Shown: one piece after another, positions 12,727-25,405 of the stretch | How positions within the stretch are numbered: the first letter of the stretch is position 1 | Layout: each line of letters begins with the position of its first letter | Origin: Paecilomyces variotii | Lineage: Eukaryota | Direction: 5' to 3' (one strand) | NCBI GenBank assembly: GCA_004022145.1 | Contig: RCNU01000004.1 | Length of the DNA: 64,000 bases | The notes under the pieces: model-generated | Database searches by the model: none | What the model saw: only the letters and a program-made list of their open reading frames with translations | What the model was told of the DNA's origin: nothing | Position numbers and translations under genes: made by a program

Positions 12727-13305
12727 GATATCATCCTACAACTGAGTCTATCAGCGTATAACCTTTCTTTCCCACTCGCGATATCTAAATACTTCCATTC
12801 GCAACGTGCTGATATCTACTATACTATACTTCCTGGTGATCAATTCCATCTTAGCTTCTTCCAATAAAACTACCCGACAGGCGGAGAAATTGCGGGGTTG
12901 TTATACTGACGATCCCCGCGACGCGAGTTGAATTTAACCAGTCCAATCGCTTATTCTCCGACTAATGGAGCTAGGATTCTATCGGGGTAACCCCGGAGTG
13001 AAACTACCTGTGTGAAAGAGTTGCAACCGTAGCAATAGCTAAAGAATTTGAATTAGCTTTAACGGACAGGATGCGTGGAGTAGCAACGTGCCTTACCAGA
13101 TCTAGATTGTAGCAAGGAGGGGTAATTAGAAACTGATCGATCGACCTACCTACCTAGTAGTTAATACTCTATCGTCCTTATAATACTCTTAGCCAGGTAT
13201 TTACTCATTCTTATCCTCTATCCTTTCTTAATTTACCTCATCTCTATAAACCAGATAATCATACTCACCATATAAATACTCAAAGCAACAAACGAGACAG
13301 AAACC

Positions 13306-14187
13306 ATGGACCAATCTTTCAAAGACAAAGTCTACGCAATAACCGGCGTTTCAGGAATCGGCCTCGCAGTAGCCCGCCAGCTACATTCTCGCGGCGCTCT
13401 CCTCTCCCTCGCAGACATCGATCCCTCAGCTCTATCATCAGCTTTTGCTGAGCTCGGCTCCGACGCTTCCACTATTCTTACCACAGCCGTCGATGTGAGA
13501 TCCGCCACGCAAGTCAACGACTGGATAGCAGCTACGGTGCAGAAATTCGGTCGTCTCGATGGCGCAGCGAACATGGCGGGCGCAATTGGGAAGTACCACG
13601 GGATCAGGGACTTGATTGATCAGGACGATGACGAGTGGGCGTTGATCATGGGCGTGAACCTGACGGGGTTGATGCATTGTCTACGCGCGCAGCTGAAAGC
13701 GATTAGAGAAGATGGAAAGGAAGGAGTCGAGGGACGAGGAAGTATTGTGAATGCGGCGAGCATTCAGGGTGTGAGGGGCTTTGCGCAGCATGCAGCGTAT
13801 AGTGCGAGTAAACATGGGGTGGTGGGCTTGACGAGATCGGTTGCAAAGGAGGTCGCGCCGGCTATTAGAGTGAATGCAGTTGCGCCGTAAGTGTTTCTCT
13901 TTTTTTCTTTTTATTGTTATTCTGCTGCTCTGGTGCGTGCGGGGTGCTACTTCATAATAGTTCTGCGTGCTAATAATGAAATAATGTATTCTTCTAGAGG
14001 ATCGATTCAAACACCGCTGCTCGACAAGGCTTTTGTCATTCAAGGTGGAGAATCAGTGTCGCCAACGACCATTCCACGAAACGGCACGGCCGATGAAGTC
14101 GCTCAGACGGTATTGTTCTTGCTGAGCGATGCGTCCTCCTTCACGACCGGGGCTATCTACACCGTTGACGGCGGGTGGCATTGCTAG
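13306..14187 (+). CDS. Short-chain dehydrogenase/reductase, one intron (~13887-13998)
   Basis: TGVSGIG, GRLDGAANMAG, catalytic YSASK, IRVNAVAP|GSIQTP and C-terminal TGAIYTVDGG. Confidence 0.93.
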
Positions 14188-14453
14188 AGTGGAAATAAGA
14201 CACGCCAGCCATGGAAGCCACTCGTTTTTTTCACCCTTTTCGGCACGGATACTGGCGAGGATCCCTTGAAACTCCATTTCCACCAATTCATCGTCTGAAA
14301 GGTTATTTGCATGGTAGGATGTGACTATCTCCTTTGCTTCCACTTCTCGACATTTTGAGATTAACTAGCGGGGTGACTCAGGGCAGGAGTAGACCTGCAA
14401 TATAACCGGGAGTCTCTAGCTCCAAGAAATCTTTATTACTAAGAGCACAGTAA

Positions 14454-14755
14454 CTAGTAGCTCCAGGCAGCGGTGATAGAGCCAATATAGAAGCATGTCA
14501 TGTATGTACATACATCGCAGTAATCTGCGCTCGTTGCCTTGTATGTGCTAGTTCTGCAAGTAAACTCGGTGAAGCTGTCGCTGCTGTATTGACAAATGTT
14601 TGGCCTATAGCCCCAGCGATGAAGACGAGACTGGACACAATAATAGACCACCGCCGTCCAACAGTATCAACTAAGTAAGCAGTAGGGAAAAGTGCCGCCA
14701 TAAGTCCAAAGGAAACTGCTGCAATGACAGCGCCCTCTAACGAATTTGACGTCAA
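14454..14755 (-). pseudogene. Sugar porter (hexose/lactose permease-like) fragment
   Basis: DTVGRRWSIIVSSLVFIAGAIGQ, then directly SPSLLAELAHTRQRAQITAMY and TCFYIGSITAAWSY*. Internal deletion, and both termini are missing. Confidence 0.72.
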
Positions 14756-14770
14756 ACCTATATATATTGC

Positions 14771-16503
14771 CTAGACCACCAGATCAAGCTCCTGTTTGGC
14801 GACCCAGTTTCCATGTAAACCGTGCCTGAGCCTAAGCGGAAGGTTCACGATAGCAACAGCCTTCTCAAAATTGTTCGTGTCGAGTATATGAAGTTCGGAC
14901 GCCATAGTTTCGTAGTTATTGACTAGCATCACCACATAGCCGTCTCCCTCAGGGGCACTATCGGATCTTGGAATGAAAATGGGCTCTTGGAAAAGCCTTT
15001 TAGACCCTGCGAAGTAGGACACCATCTGACCACTCTTCACATTGAGTTTCGCGATTCCATTGTAAGGAGGGAAGCCGCCACCCATTTGTGGACTAATGGC
15101 CGCGAAGTCGGTCAATTTAGCGTCCATGGTTAGAACGAAACAATATGTGTAATCCTTAGTCGCCCAGCGATCATCAATGCGAGGAAATTCACAATCGACA
15201 TTCGCAATTACTTCGGATGTGATATCGAGGTTGTCGGACCTAGGGTCGATCGTGAAGCGGACCATGGGATCACGAATGTCCATAGGATTCGGCGCATTAC
15301 CTTCAGCGTCAGGCCACCACCAGAACACATTTTGTCTGGAACATGGCAGATCAAAAATCAAATTTCCAGACTCATCCTCGTATGCATTGGCTGTATGTCC
15401 TGGGAATGAATTGGGAGCGCGAAACCACTGATTTTATTAGATGTGCACAACGGGATATACATAGGCCTCAAGACTTCTTACCTTCACGTCTGTCCCTTTT
15501 GCTCCCCGACGCGGAAGGACACCAATGTAAAAAGGGATGGTCGGGTCCCACTGCCAGTGATCTCCTCCGTTCTTCATCCGTTCAACGTCACAGGTATGAG
15601 GAATAAGAGGGAACAAGACCTTTTTTATAAGAAGTCAGTCGGGTCTTTTTTTCGGAAATAGATGGTGGCATATACCCAATTCTCTGTCACGGCGAAGTCA
15701 TGGATCATGGCAACTACCGGAGCCACCATCCAGACAGTCTCATTAAATTGACCATCCGGACTCACAGACATATAGCATACGTCCGGGGTTCCGTCACCTT
15801 TTGCTTCGTAACCGAAGCAAACGAGTTCATTTGTAGTTGGATCGATCTTTGGGTGAGCAGTGAACGTCGTGCACGGTAGTTGCCCATTGAAATCGTACAA
15901 TCCCTCTGTCTCCAACGTTTTTGGGTCCATAGAATATGGTGGAGCATCTTCCTTGATCGCGAGGAGTTTACCGTTGAAATAAAAGATATTGGTGTTGGCA
16001 GTTGTACGCACAGTGAACGCTACGGCATCAGTGTACTTGTTGCGGTATTTTCCTAAAAGTTTGGACATGTTAAGACTGATAACGGTCTTCAGATCAGCTG
16101 CAATCGATGACTCCTACCTCCTAAGGCCTTTCCAGCCTCCCTTTCCCGTAGGAACTTCTCGGTACGGACATATCGTTGTTTGAAATGGATGGAGCCATCT
16201 TCAAAACGAAATGCACTGACGTTTCCATCTCCATTGAACCACTAGGCCGGATTTGTGAATAATTGTCTCTTTTTTAAGAAAGTAGGGTTCCGAGGATTGA
16301 CTTACTGGATCGTTGGAAAAGCGCGATGGAAACTGGGGATCTGGCATAACTCTGTAGAACGTCCCATTGATTTCCTTCGGGATCTGACCGATAACTTCCA
16401 AGTTTCGGACCTCTCCTTCGTAGCGACATGGCTTCATGAAACCAGAAAGCTGAGGGACTTCCTCGAAGGCTTTAGGACCACGAGTTAACATGTGTCCGGC
16501 CAT
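14771..16503 (-). CDS. Carotenoid oxygenase family, lignostilbene-alpha,beta-dioxygenase (CAO-1-like), 4 introns
   Basis: [72 protein letters not shown] and LRHGLHGNW. All four Fe-binding His motifs are present. Confidence 0.93.
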
Positions 16504-17099
16504 AATAATGATCGTAGATTCTCTTTGAATGAAACGAACTATCTTTCTTCTTGGAAGTGAATGTTGGATGCATACTTTCTATCTTATTGGGGGTAGAGCC
16601 TTCTTTTATACCCAGACAATCGATCCGCTTTTCAAAGGTATCGTCAATGTGTCCCTTTCGGCGTTACCGAACAATGCTGCCGTGATTCTATAAAAGACGA
16701 AAGAAGCTCTAGACCCATCCTAGGTATTGGCCACTAGACAGACCGTATATCTCACATGGTCAAGCAAACATTGCCGAAGTACGATCCGTAAATATAGAGT
16801 ATGTCTATTGGCGCAATTGAGTAACTAGATGTGGGCAGTTGATGTCTCGGTAGTGGAATCGGTTCGCAAGCATCCAGTCACGTCCACTACAAATTCCGCC
16901 AGTAGGGTGGGTATGCTTCAGGTCGCTTCAAGTTGCTGAGCTGTAGGCCCGTAGATACACGGCTTGCTCGAGGCACCAGCCTCTTAATAAGCGGAATCTC
17001 GGAAGGAGCGGCTTAGTTAACTTCCGGGAAGAATGTTCAAATCAATTGACCTACTCGTCTGGTCTACATCGTTTTGCTATTGTTTCAGAACCATTGAAC

Positions 17100-18031
17100 A
17101 TGCGGTGCTGCATTGCTGGGGCGCTGACGACCCTGGTACTCGCTGGACAGGCGATAGCCGAATATCCTGCCTCTTGGGATGTCATCTTCACGCCAGCTAC
17201 ACCACCCCCAGTCAATTACACCTTTGGTCAGCAAACTAAGATTCTTAATCAAAATACAACCTTTCCGCCGGCTGCGTTACCATTACCATGTGACATTGTT
17301 TATGATCGTGACGCGTCCATCACTCTGCGCGACCGCACCGTCATTTACACGGATGTGTTCCGGCCTGTTTCTGATGGACAATATCCAGCTCTTATCGCTT
17401 TGAGTGCATATGGAAAGACGGTGCCAACCCTCCCGCAGGTTGATGCACCGGCAGACTGGTTTTCGGGCATTGCAAAGAATGAAAGCGCCGATGCTGCTGC
17501 CTTTGTCTGCTGTGGCTACGTTGTCGTGAGTCCGGATAACCGACGGGCTGGTAAATCTGAGGAAAATATCCATTACTGGGGTAGAGTCGATGCCGAGGAT
17601 GGATATGATGTAATTGAATGGACCGCCTAGCAGCCCTGGAGTAGTGGTAAGACGGCCATGCATAGAGCATCGTGGCTCGCTACGTCTCAGTGATTCGTCG
17701 CTGCTCTGCAACCGCCACACCTCATGGCCGTTGTGCCCTGGAGGACAAGAGCGCCGAGCTCGAAAAGGTCAGAGTTCCAGCGTATGTAATCGCTGATGGA
17801 TTAAGCGTCCACCACAGTCTCGGCGCGGTAGAGGGTTTCCGGCGTATCAATTCTAATGATAAGTGGCTGCGTATCGACGATACGCAAGAATGGTATGACA
17901 TGTATGCTCCGCCGAATGAACGCGACGTCCTCCGATTCCTCGACCACTATCTAAAGGGTGTCAACAACGGCTGGCAGCAGGCGTCTCGCGTGAGAGCTGC
18001 AGTTGTTCCCGGAAAGTTTGTTCATAAATAA
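17100..18031 (+). pseudogene. Secreted CocE/NonD (S15) family hydrolase pseudogene
   Basis: Signal peptide, ITLRDRTVIYTDVFRP, DGYDVIEWTA*QPWSSGK and degenerate nucleophile motif RASWLA. In-frame stops at 17628 (TAG) and 17691 (TGA), deletion/frameshift near 17740, C-terminal domain absent. Confidence 0.85.
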
Positions 18032-18060
18032 AAATAAAACAGTAGAACTGTGACGACGGG

Positions 18061-19612
18061 TTAGCTCACCCACTGTATAGAAGGACATGGAAAGAGCATA
18101 CAGAATGATACTATACACCATGGCAGCGGAATTAGACTCTCTCTGCCACTTCCCGCATTGTGCTTGCCTTTATCGTCGCTGTCCGCGTCAAATGTTAGGG
18201 TCTCTATCTTCGAAGATAATAGAAACTGCAATCGGGGGAGGAGGGGCGCCAGGGGCGCAAAAACAGGATCACGTACCTAGAGTCGTCTCCATCTTCAGAA
18301 GGATCGGTGGAAGTATTAGAGCTAGACTTAGCAACCGGCCAGCCGTCCTCGTACGCGAGGTAGTTCCATCCCAAGTGAGCATCCTGAATACGCATTAGCG
18401 TGCTGTGCAATCAAAGAATTTTCAGTCTACTTACCTTGTGAGCCAGTCCGATGGATTTATTTACTGTTGTCCAGAGTATTTAGTCAACGCCTGTCCCCTT
18501 GCGACCATAGAGTCGAAAAGACTTACAGTAATGATAATATAGGATATCTTGATCCGTGCCTATTGCCGTCAAGACACCCAACCCACCTGGCGCATACACA
18601 TCGCCGTGGTTGGAACCGTATACAATGGTTCCACCGTTCTCAGTGAGTTTCCTGCCGTCCTTATCGACGTATGGTCCTGTGATATTGGTGGCGCGTCCCA
18701 CACGGATCGAATATCTGGAGAAGTTTCAGCGTCTGTAGGCGAAGCAAGAGTTACTAAAGGATTGTCAATGACATACTCGTCTCCTCCTGGCGGGAGGACG
18801 CGGCCCTCCGGGAAATGGCAGCACTTCCCGTGGCTGAACCAGAGATAGTAATAGGGTGCTCGATAACTCATGAAAGAACCTTCGACCGGACGGATCCCCT
18901 GTGGATCATAGTCGACGGGATATTGCTTCAACATAACATTGTCTCTCCCATCCAGAGTCACATACGCGACATTCCTCGCATCCGGTGATTTCGGGTTTTC
19001 AACGGATAATAGGTCGTCCGTCAGAGCGACCTGCCAAATATTGGTCCAGTAACTACCCCAAGTGAACCAGAACTTTCCGTCTGCTGGATCCTGCATGACG
19101 GCCGGGTCGATCGCATTCGAAACGGTATACGGAAACACGTCGTAATTGAGGCCAGACGAACCGGTGGATACCACAGCACCATGGTCTTCCCACGGACCAT
19201 CGTCTATATTCGTCGTCGTTGCGACCCCAATGGCACTTTGGCGAGTACCACCCTTCGTAAGAGCATAATAACAATAAAAGGTACCGTTCTTTTCGATCAC
19301 GCTGGGAGCCCACGGGCGCTTTCGTGCCCCTTTCTTGATGATGCTGGGTTCCTTTAACACCTTGCCCCGACTCTCCCAGGGTCCGCTGAGGCTGGTTGCC
19401 CTAAAGTAGGGCACTCCAATTCCACCATGAAAGGCATAGTAGGCATTGTCATACACTATGATATTAGGATCATGAGCTTCTAGGTTGCCCTGGATCGGGA
19501 GAGGGTATTCATCAGTATCTGGGAACGTCCCAATGTACTGGACCGGTGATTCCGCTCTGGCAGAGTGAAAGGTGAAGATCAGGCCCAAGGCCAAGAACGC
19601 GAACAAAACCAT
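18061..19612 (-). CDS. GH43 endo-1,5-alpha-L-arabinanase, 4 introns, possible GPI tail
   Basis: Signal peptide [56 protein letters not shown] and YAPGG. The last exon (18061-18178) is inferred from a GTACGT/CTAAC/CAG intron; without it the ORF ends at 18204. Confidence 0.9.
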
Positions 19613-21022
19613 GGGGTAAAGTCGATATCCAGTGAACACGAGGGTGAGGACACGCTTAAATACAACGGAGCTCGTTAACGATGTATGATCGATAAGGTGG
19701 GCTTTAGACGGACGCAACCGTAGCCACTCGGAACTCCCAAACTTTAACAGAGTGTCAGATATCGCACAGCAATCAATATATCGCAGCAATTGAGATCAGA
19801 GTCGCTCTAAAATTAAGACCTACGCGCAGTGGAAACATGCGATTCTCAAAAGTCAAAGATAATTCGCTGTCTCGAGCGCAGCATCTCTCACGATATGATG
19901 CAGAGATAATCAATCGCTCTGCGTTGCACCTACCCGGCGCATACGAGCAGCTGTAAGACTGCTTGGCACGGTTAGATCAAGGGACAGACAAGCAAGATGA
20001 TGTTCTGATCTCATACCGGTTCATTCACTGGGACTTACGACTCCTCAGCCTTTTGCCAAGCGATGAAATCAAGAAGACAGTGGGGCTTCAAGATCTCGCG
20101 CACCACTAACTCCTGAGTCTGGGAAATCCTGTTGTGTATTATGGAGTTAATCTGTGGCTTGGTCTAGACCTCAGGACGCGAGACGGCAAGCAGACGGCTG
20201 GATAAAACGAGAAGATATTGGCACGAGGATGGCACACAAGAAATGAGGGTAGACGATATCGTGTTACAACGATAGATAATTAATACAAAAGAGCGACCGT
20301 GGCGGATGAATTGCTTGCAAGAAGGGAGCGTTGTTGGCGGTAGATATTCCTCAGCCCGCAATCAGGACGGGGGCCGCCTTGACCATCGCCCCGGATGTCA
20401 CTCATAGCCCCTCGTTCGCTCCAGTCAACAACGTGCTTTCTAGAACCAATGCATTTATTATTTTCCCAGCCCGAAGGATTTCCAAGAGCAAGGCCAGTTT
20501 CAAGATGCGCGTTGGCTACTCCGTATTCACTCTAGTTACACGGCTGAGGCCCCGCTGGAAAAGCTTAGCCCATGCTACGCCCGTGCGTACGGCCACTCAG
20601 GCTTTAAAGATAAGTCGGTGATCAGGGACTTCGGGTGAAGATCGCCGCATTGTTGACGCTAGTCTGGACTATGAATAGCTGGAAGCCCGAAGAATAATAA
20701 TCCCCCATGCACAGCCTACGGCCCTACGTGATAATTTGTTCATGCGGATAATCCATGATCGCCGCCAGCCGTCGGCTCTATGCTACGCTGCGGGATACGA
20801 GCTCCAGTCTTTCTGACGAATGCCAGGCGTGATGATCGCCACAAATTGCGTGAGACACAGTGAAGATTGAAATTCATGCACAAATCTCTCATATGTCGCT
20901 TCCGTCGTGTTGGGTCGCCCTTCAAAACACTACCCCGGGAAAATAAACCCTGTTAAAAAAAATCCCCGAAACAGAGAATAGAACAACCAAACTCCAAAAA
21001 CACTGTTAAATCGCTCTTAGTT

Positions 21023-23616
21023 TTACAGAATTGGATTTTCCGGATACGCGAACGCAGCCATGTCTTCCCAGTTGAACGCGTCGAGAAAGGCATCGAAATC
21101 GCCCGGGGGCTAGCGTCAAAAGTTTAGTTTCTATTCTTAGTCCAGGCACCAAAGTAAGCACTTACAGTGAAAGAAAAGTCCATCGACTGCGGCAATATGC
21201 CGTCAAAATTAGTACCGCACGGGTCGGAACTAGAGCCAGGGGTGAGTTCATGGGTCTTTGTTATAGTTAGCACCGGGTCCAGTAAACACGAAAATGCTCG
21301 GGATGCTGACCTGATTCGATTTATCGTGACGGGTATCGGTGTGTCGAGAGAGGAGATTACATGCAAAGGTGGCTATGCGGTCGACTGCCTGCTTCTTGTA
21401 CAGCTCGGTTTCATTCGGCCATAACTTGGATTTCACAAGTGCGCGGATCATGTTGGTGAAGAAAAAGTATTTTGCGCCCTTGACGACGACACGCGCCTTG
21501 CTCTCCAAGGCATCCAGCGTCTTATCGACAAGGCCAAGAAGTGAACCGGTGATTGCAGGTACTATCTGACGAGCTAATACGGAGGCTGCAAAAGCGGGTT
21601 AGCAAATCGTATGCGGCTTTAGAGGAGCCGCGGCTATTCAGAGAACTTACTGTATCCCGAGTTTGTGGTGTATAAATGATGGCATACAGACAGACAAGCT
21701 TGCGGGATGGAATCCGTAAGGTGACATAATGATAGTTGAGTGGACGTCTCGTACAGGAGCTGTTGTCTCGATAGCATGGTCATTGCTACCTCCAACCGAG
21801 TGCGAGACGAAGGTACGAACATGGGCTCCCTGTGAGCGTCGATTGCAAACGGGGTATGAATGGCCAGAAGGAACTGGCATAACTTAGTTTCAAGCAGAGC
21901 TGTCCAAAGCATGGTCTTCTGGACCATTTTTTGATCCATCGGGTCCGGAATCGACCAGCTGGGTATAGATGACAAGACACGGGTGAATTCGCAGTCGATC
22001 CTTTGGATGTCTTCATAGCTACATGTAATTCTTGGACCGTTCATCAAGGCACATGCCTTGAGTCGGAGCGGCAGGGACTGGCTCAAGAAGGCATGGAATG
22101 AAGTATCTGTTGGCTCTGTAAGGGGTCTTTCCGGTGGCAGCTCAGTGCTGTCTGCGCTCAGCTCCTCATCGTTTATGTTTGCTGCAGGACACGTATCGTA
22201 GTCTGAGGCCTGCAATGTTGGAGGCATCCCGCGATCAATCGAAACTTGTAGATCCAGCTCTAGGATGGTCGACCAGATCCTCCTTCGCATTTCCTTGTTG
22301 AACACGGTAATCCCAGTCCACTGATCGGGGTCACGGTGATAGCCAGCCAACATCGCCATTTTCACCAGGCTTCCAGTGGTCAGCCACGCTCGGCTGCGCT
22401 TGATGCCTTGGTTGTTCTTGGCTATGAGGAGAAGGCAGTGGATACGAAGAATAACGACATCCGGCCGTTTCACATGCACAGTCTCGAGCCAATTGTCAGC
22501 CTGTACGATATAGTCGATGGCAGTATATCGTTTGGTGTTAGCTGCGCCAACCTCTGACAGCCGATCCGGATCCGCCAAGTTCCAAGCACAGGCTAGCACC
22601 AGCATAAGCTGGACCAGGAAAGGCGCGGAGATTAAACTCGGGTTTGATCTCTTCTCCCAGAAGTCATCGATCTCGCGTCGGAAGGATGGCATGTGCAGGA
22701 TGCGGTGCGTGGACTCGATATACGTGCAGTATACATCTACCAACTCCTCAACGACGTCTCGAGAAGGCAGCATGGCTACCAGCGTTGGTACATCGGGCAT
22801 GAGCAACGGTTGATTCAGCTTCTTCTTGTGGTGACCTCTCTTCAGGGTCTCTATATCCTGTCGCAACCGAACCAGGTTTGGGTTAGCGGCCTTTATCCCC
22901 TCGACAAAATTTCTCAATTCGGAGAACTGTTATCATCTGTTAGCATGTTAACTATTCGCAATTGGGAGGACGTAACTAACCTGGACCATGAGATTTGCAA
23001 AGATCCCACCGCCGTTAAAGCGCGTCCGAGTCTCTTTTCCTCGCGCCATTACTCTGTTCTCCATGTTCAATGGCTGAGAAGCGGACATAACTCCGAGCAT
23101 CCCAGTACCATCAGCGGAGTTCGCCGTAGGACGAGATGCTGTCGTCGACCGTGGGAGCTCTGCAGCGTCATCTTTCTGCTGTCGAGGAGCAGGCGGGATG
23201 GTCTGTCCGAGAACAGTTTCGAGGAAGCCATCTCGTTTCTCCTTACAAGATCTCTTTTCTGGCAACCCAGACTGCCGTGGAGCGGTGCCTATCTCCGAGT
23301 CTGGGGACGATGTAAGTCGCTGCGCCGCGACATACGACGAGTGGGACGCATCAGCGCCCGTGCTCCCTCGTTCTTGGAAACCAGACGAAGGAATTATTGT
23401 GTTTGGCTGCTGCCACAGAAACCCGTCTTCGTAGGTGCATTTAATAGGTGTTTTGCTTTTCTTGCACCGGCCACACGTCGGATATTCCCGATCGCATTTG
23501 AGCTTCCTGCTCCGACACTGGGTGCACGCCATGGTCCGTCGGCGCCTCTTCCTCGGACGAGGCTCAGCTTCTGGTCTCTCATTCAGCCTGAACATGTTCT
23601 CCTGTGATGTCGACAT
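21023..23616 (-). CDS. Zn(II)2Cys6 transcription factor with fungal-specific TF domain
   Basis: ACTQCRSRKLKCDREYPTCGRCKKSKTPIKC, AMLAGYHRDP..EMRRRIW and acidic C-terminus FDAFLDAFNWEDM. Four introns; start codon uncertain. Confidence 0.93.
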
Positions 23617-24460
23617 GCTGTCTGGATTTTCCAAACATCCAAATTGTCTTCCTTGTCGAGCTGCTGGCTGTTCCCCCCGTGGTCTTTGTGTCGGATCCCG
23701 ATAAACCGTGTCGGGCGACGTCCGGCTCACGCCGCGTGCTCGGACACGGTTGCCGCTTTCAGTTAGCGCCTTTGCATCTCCAGCTCATTCACGCTGGCAT
23801 CGTTCAAATTGAAACAGTATATCCAGATCAAACCGAGTTTCACGCAGGAACATGAGAGTATCCTACTCTGCTCTGCATATAAAGGAGTTTATATGAGCCA
23901 TCAGCGTTAGATGCCGACGCGTAATTGAGGCTTAGTCACTAGCCACGGCTGAAATAAGTCAACAGCAAATTTAAAGATTAGAGCCAAACCAAAGGATAAG
24001 ATAATTCTCTGACAGAGAGAATATCAGCCTAGCCCTCCATCCGATCAAGTAATTGCTAGCCTCTCATTTTCTCACGACAGATCAATGTTAATTAATTAGG
24101 TATGCTCTAGGCAGCGATCCAGTAGAGATCTGGAGAGGCTCCTATCGCGCAGAGATATAGGCAGCCGCATTTCCACCGCAGATCTCGTCTTGCCACTTAG
24201 ATATCTGGAGCGGATGTCGGTATATTTAACTACGCACGAAGCGGCGTTAATCATAGGGCGTTTCTATCGGACTAATGCATAATCTCGGGGATAGACACCT
24301 TCGGGGTCGGCGATATCCAGCACAAGCTCGGCCTAATCCTCAGATTTCTTACGTTTCAGCAGGCAGTAGAATATAAGAAAGTGTAGAAGTGTAGAAACTG
24401 GCCAAACTTCATGTCTACATCCTCAACAAAAGAAGAGTCCACTCTTGAAGTCCGTATGCG

Positions 24461-25405
24461 ATGTTCAAATCGCTCCTCGCGTTCGCCGGCCGTGCTGACG
24501 ACGGGTCAGACTATGTATTCCCGACAGTGAACCCGAAGGAAGATGGACCGGATTGCACGAAAGATTGCGCTGACTGCACTGTTCGATACCCATCAAGATT
24601 CAAAGTAGAGACCAGTCGTCAGCTATATGGCCACATCAAACCATTCACCACGCATCTTCTGGTGGCTACTGGCAAGGACGACTGGGCGGAGAAAGTCGAG
24701 CGGGAGCGAGGAAGTTTGATGGAGGCACTCCACGACAGCTCTGCAACAGATAAATTGGTGTCAGTCGCAACTAATACTTGGCCGTTTTTTCGTGCTTCAA
24801 GAATACTGACTGTCTAGCAATAGCGAGTCATGATATCAGCAGCGAATATCCCCGTGGATGGAGATGACAGTAACGCAGAGAAAGGCAGCACTGTTTTGGT
24901 TCTACCATCTTTCACTCTTGTCAACTCCGTGACAAGTAATGATATTCCGGAGCTGATCGACCGCTTCGTCGCGCCTAATAGTAAAGAGGGAGGAGACAGC
25001 GCAGTTGAAAAGCCCGGACGGCTCGCTTCACGCCCCTGCCCGCATGATTATGTTGTTCTTCTCTGCTCGCACCGAAGACGAGATGCCCGCTGCGGTATCT
25101 CTGCGCCGTTAATCAAGAAGGAACTGGAAAGACATCTCCGGCCACTAGGTTTATACCGCGACGCGGACGATGAGCGTCCCGGAGGTGTTGGAATCTACTA
25201 TGTTTCCCACGTGGGAGGCCACAAATTCGCAGCCAATGTTCTCGTCTACAGAAAACAAGATCAGCAGATGATCTGGCTGGCCAGAATTCGACCGGAGCAT
25301 TGCGAAGGCATCGTCAAGTACACGATTCTGAAAGGGAAAGTCGTGCATCCAGAATCGCAGCTGCGGGGAGGATTTGACAGGACGCGGGGATTGACGAGTT
25401 GGTGA
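24461..25405 (+). CDS. APD1: Sucrase/ferredoxin-like (thioredoxin-like 2Fe-2S) protein, Apd1-like
   Basis: CSHRRRDARCG and SHVGGHKFAANV motifs. One intron at ~24758-24823 with an odd donor site (see findings). Confidence 0.88.

Noticed and set aside
1-20000. Starship giant transposon cargo or boundary
   Set aside because: No tyrosine recombinase captain is recognisable and no boundary can be defined without strain comparison.
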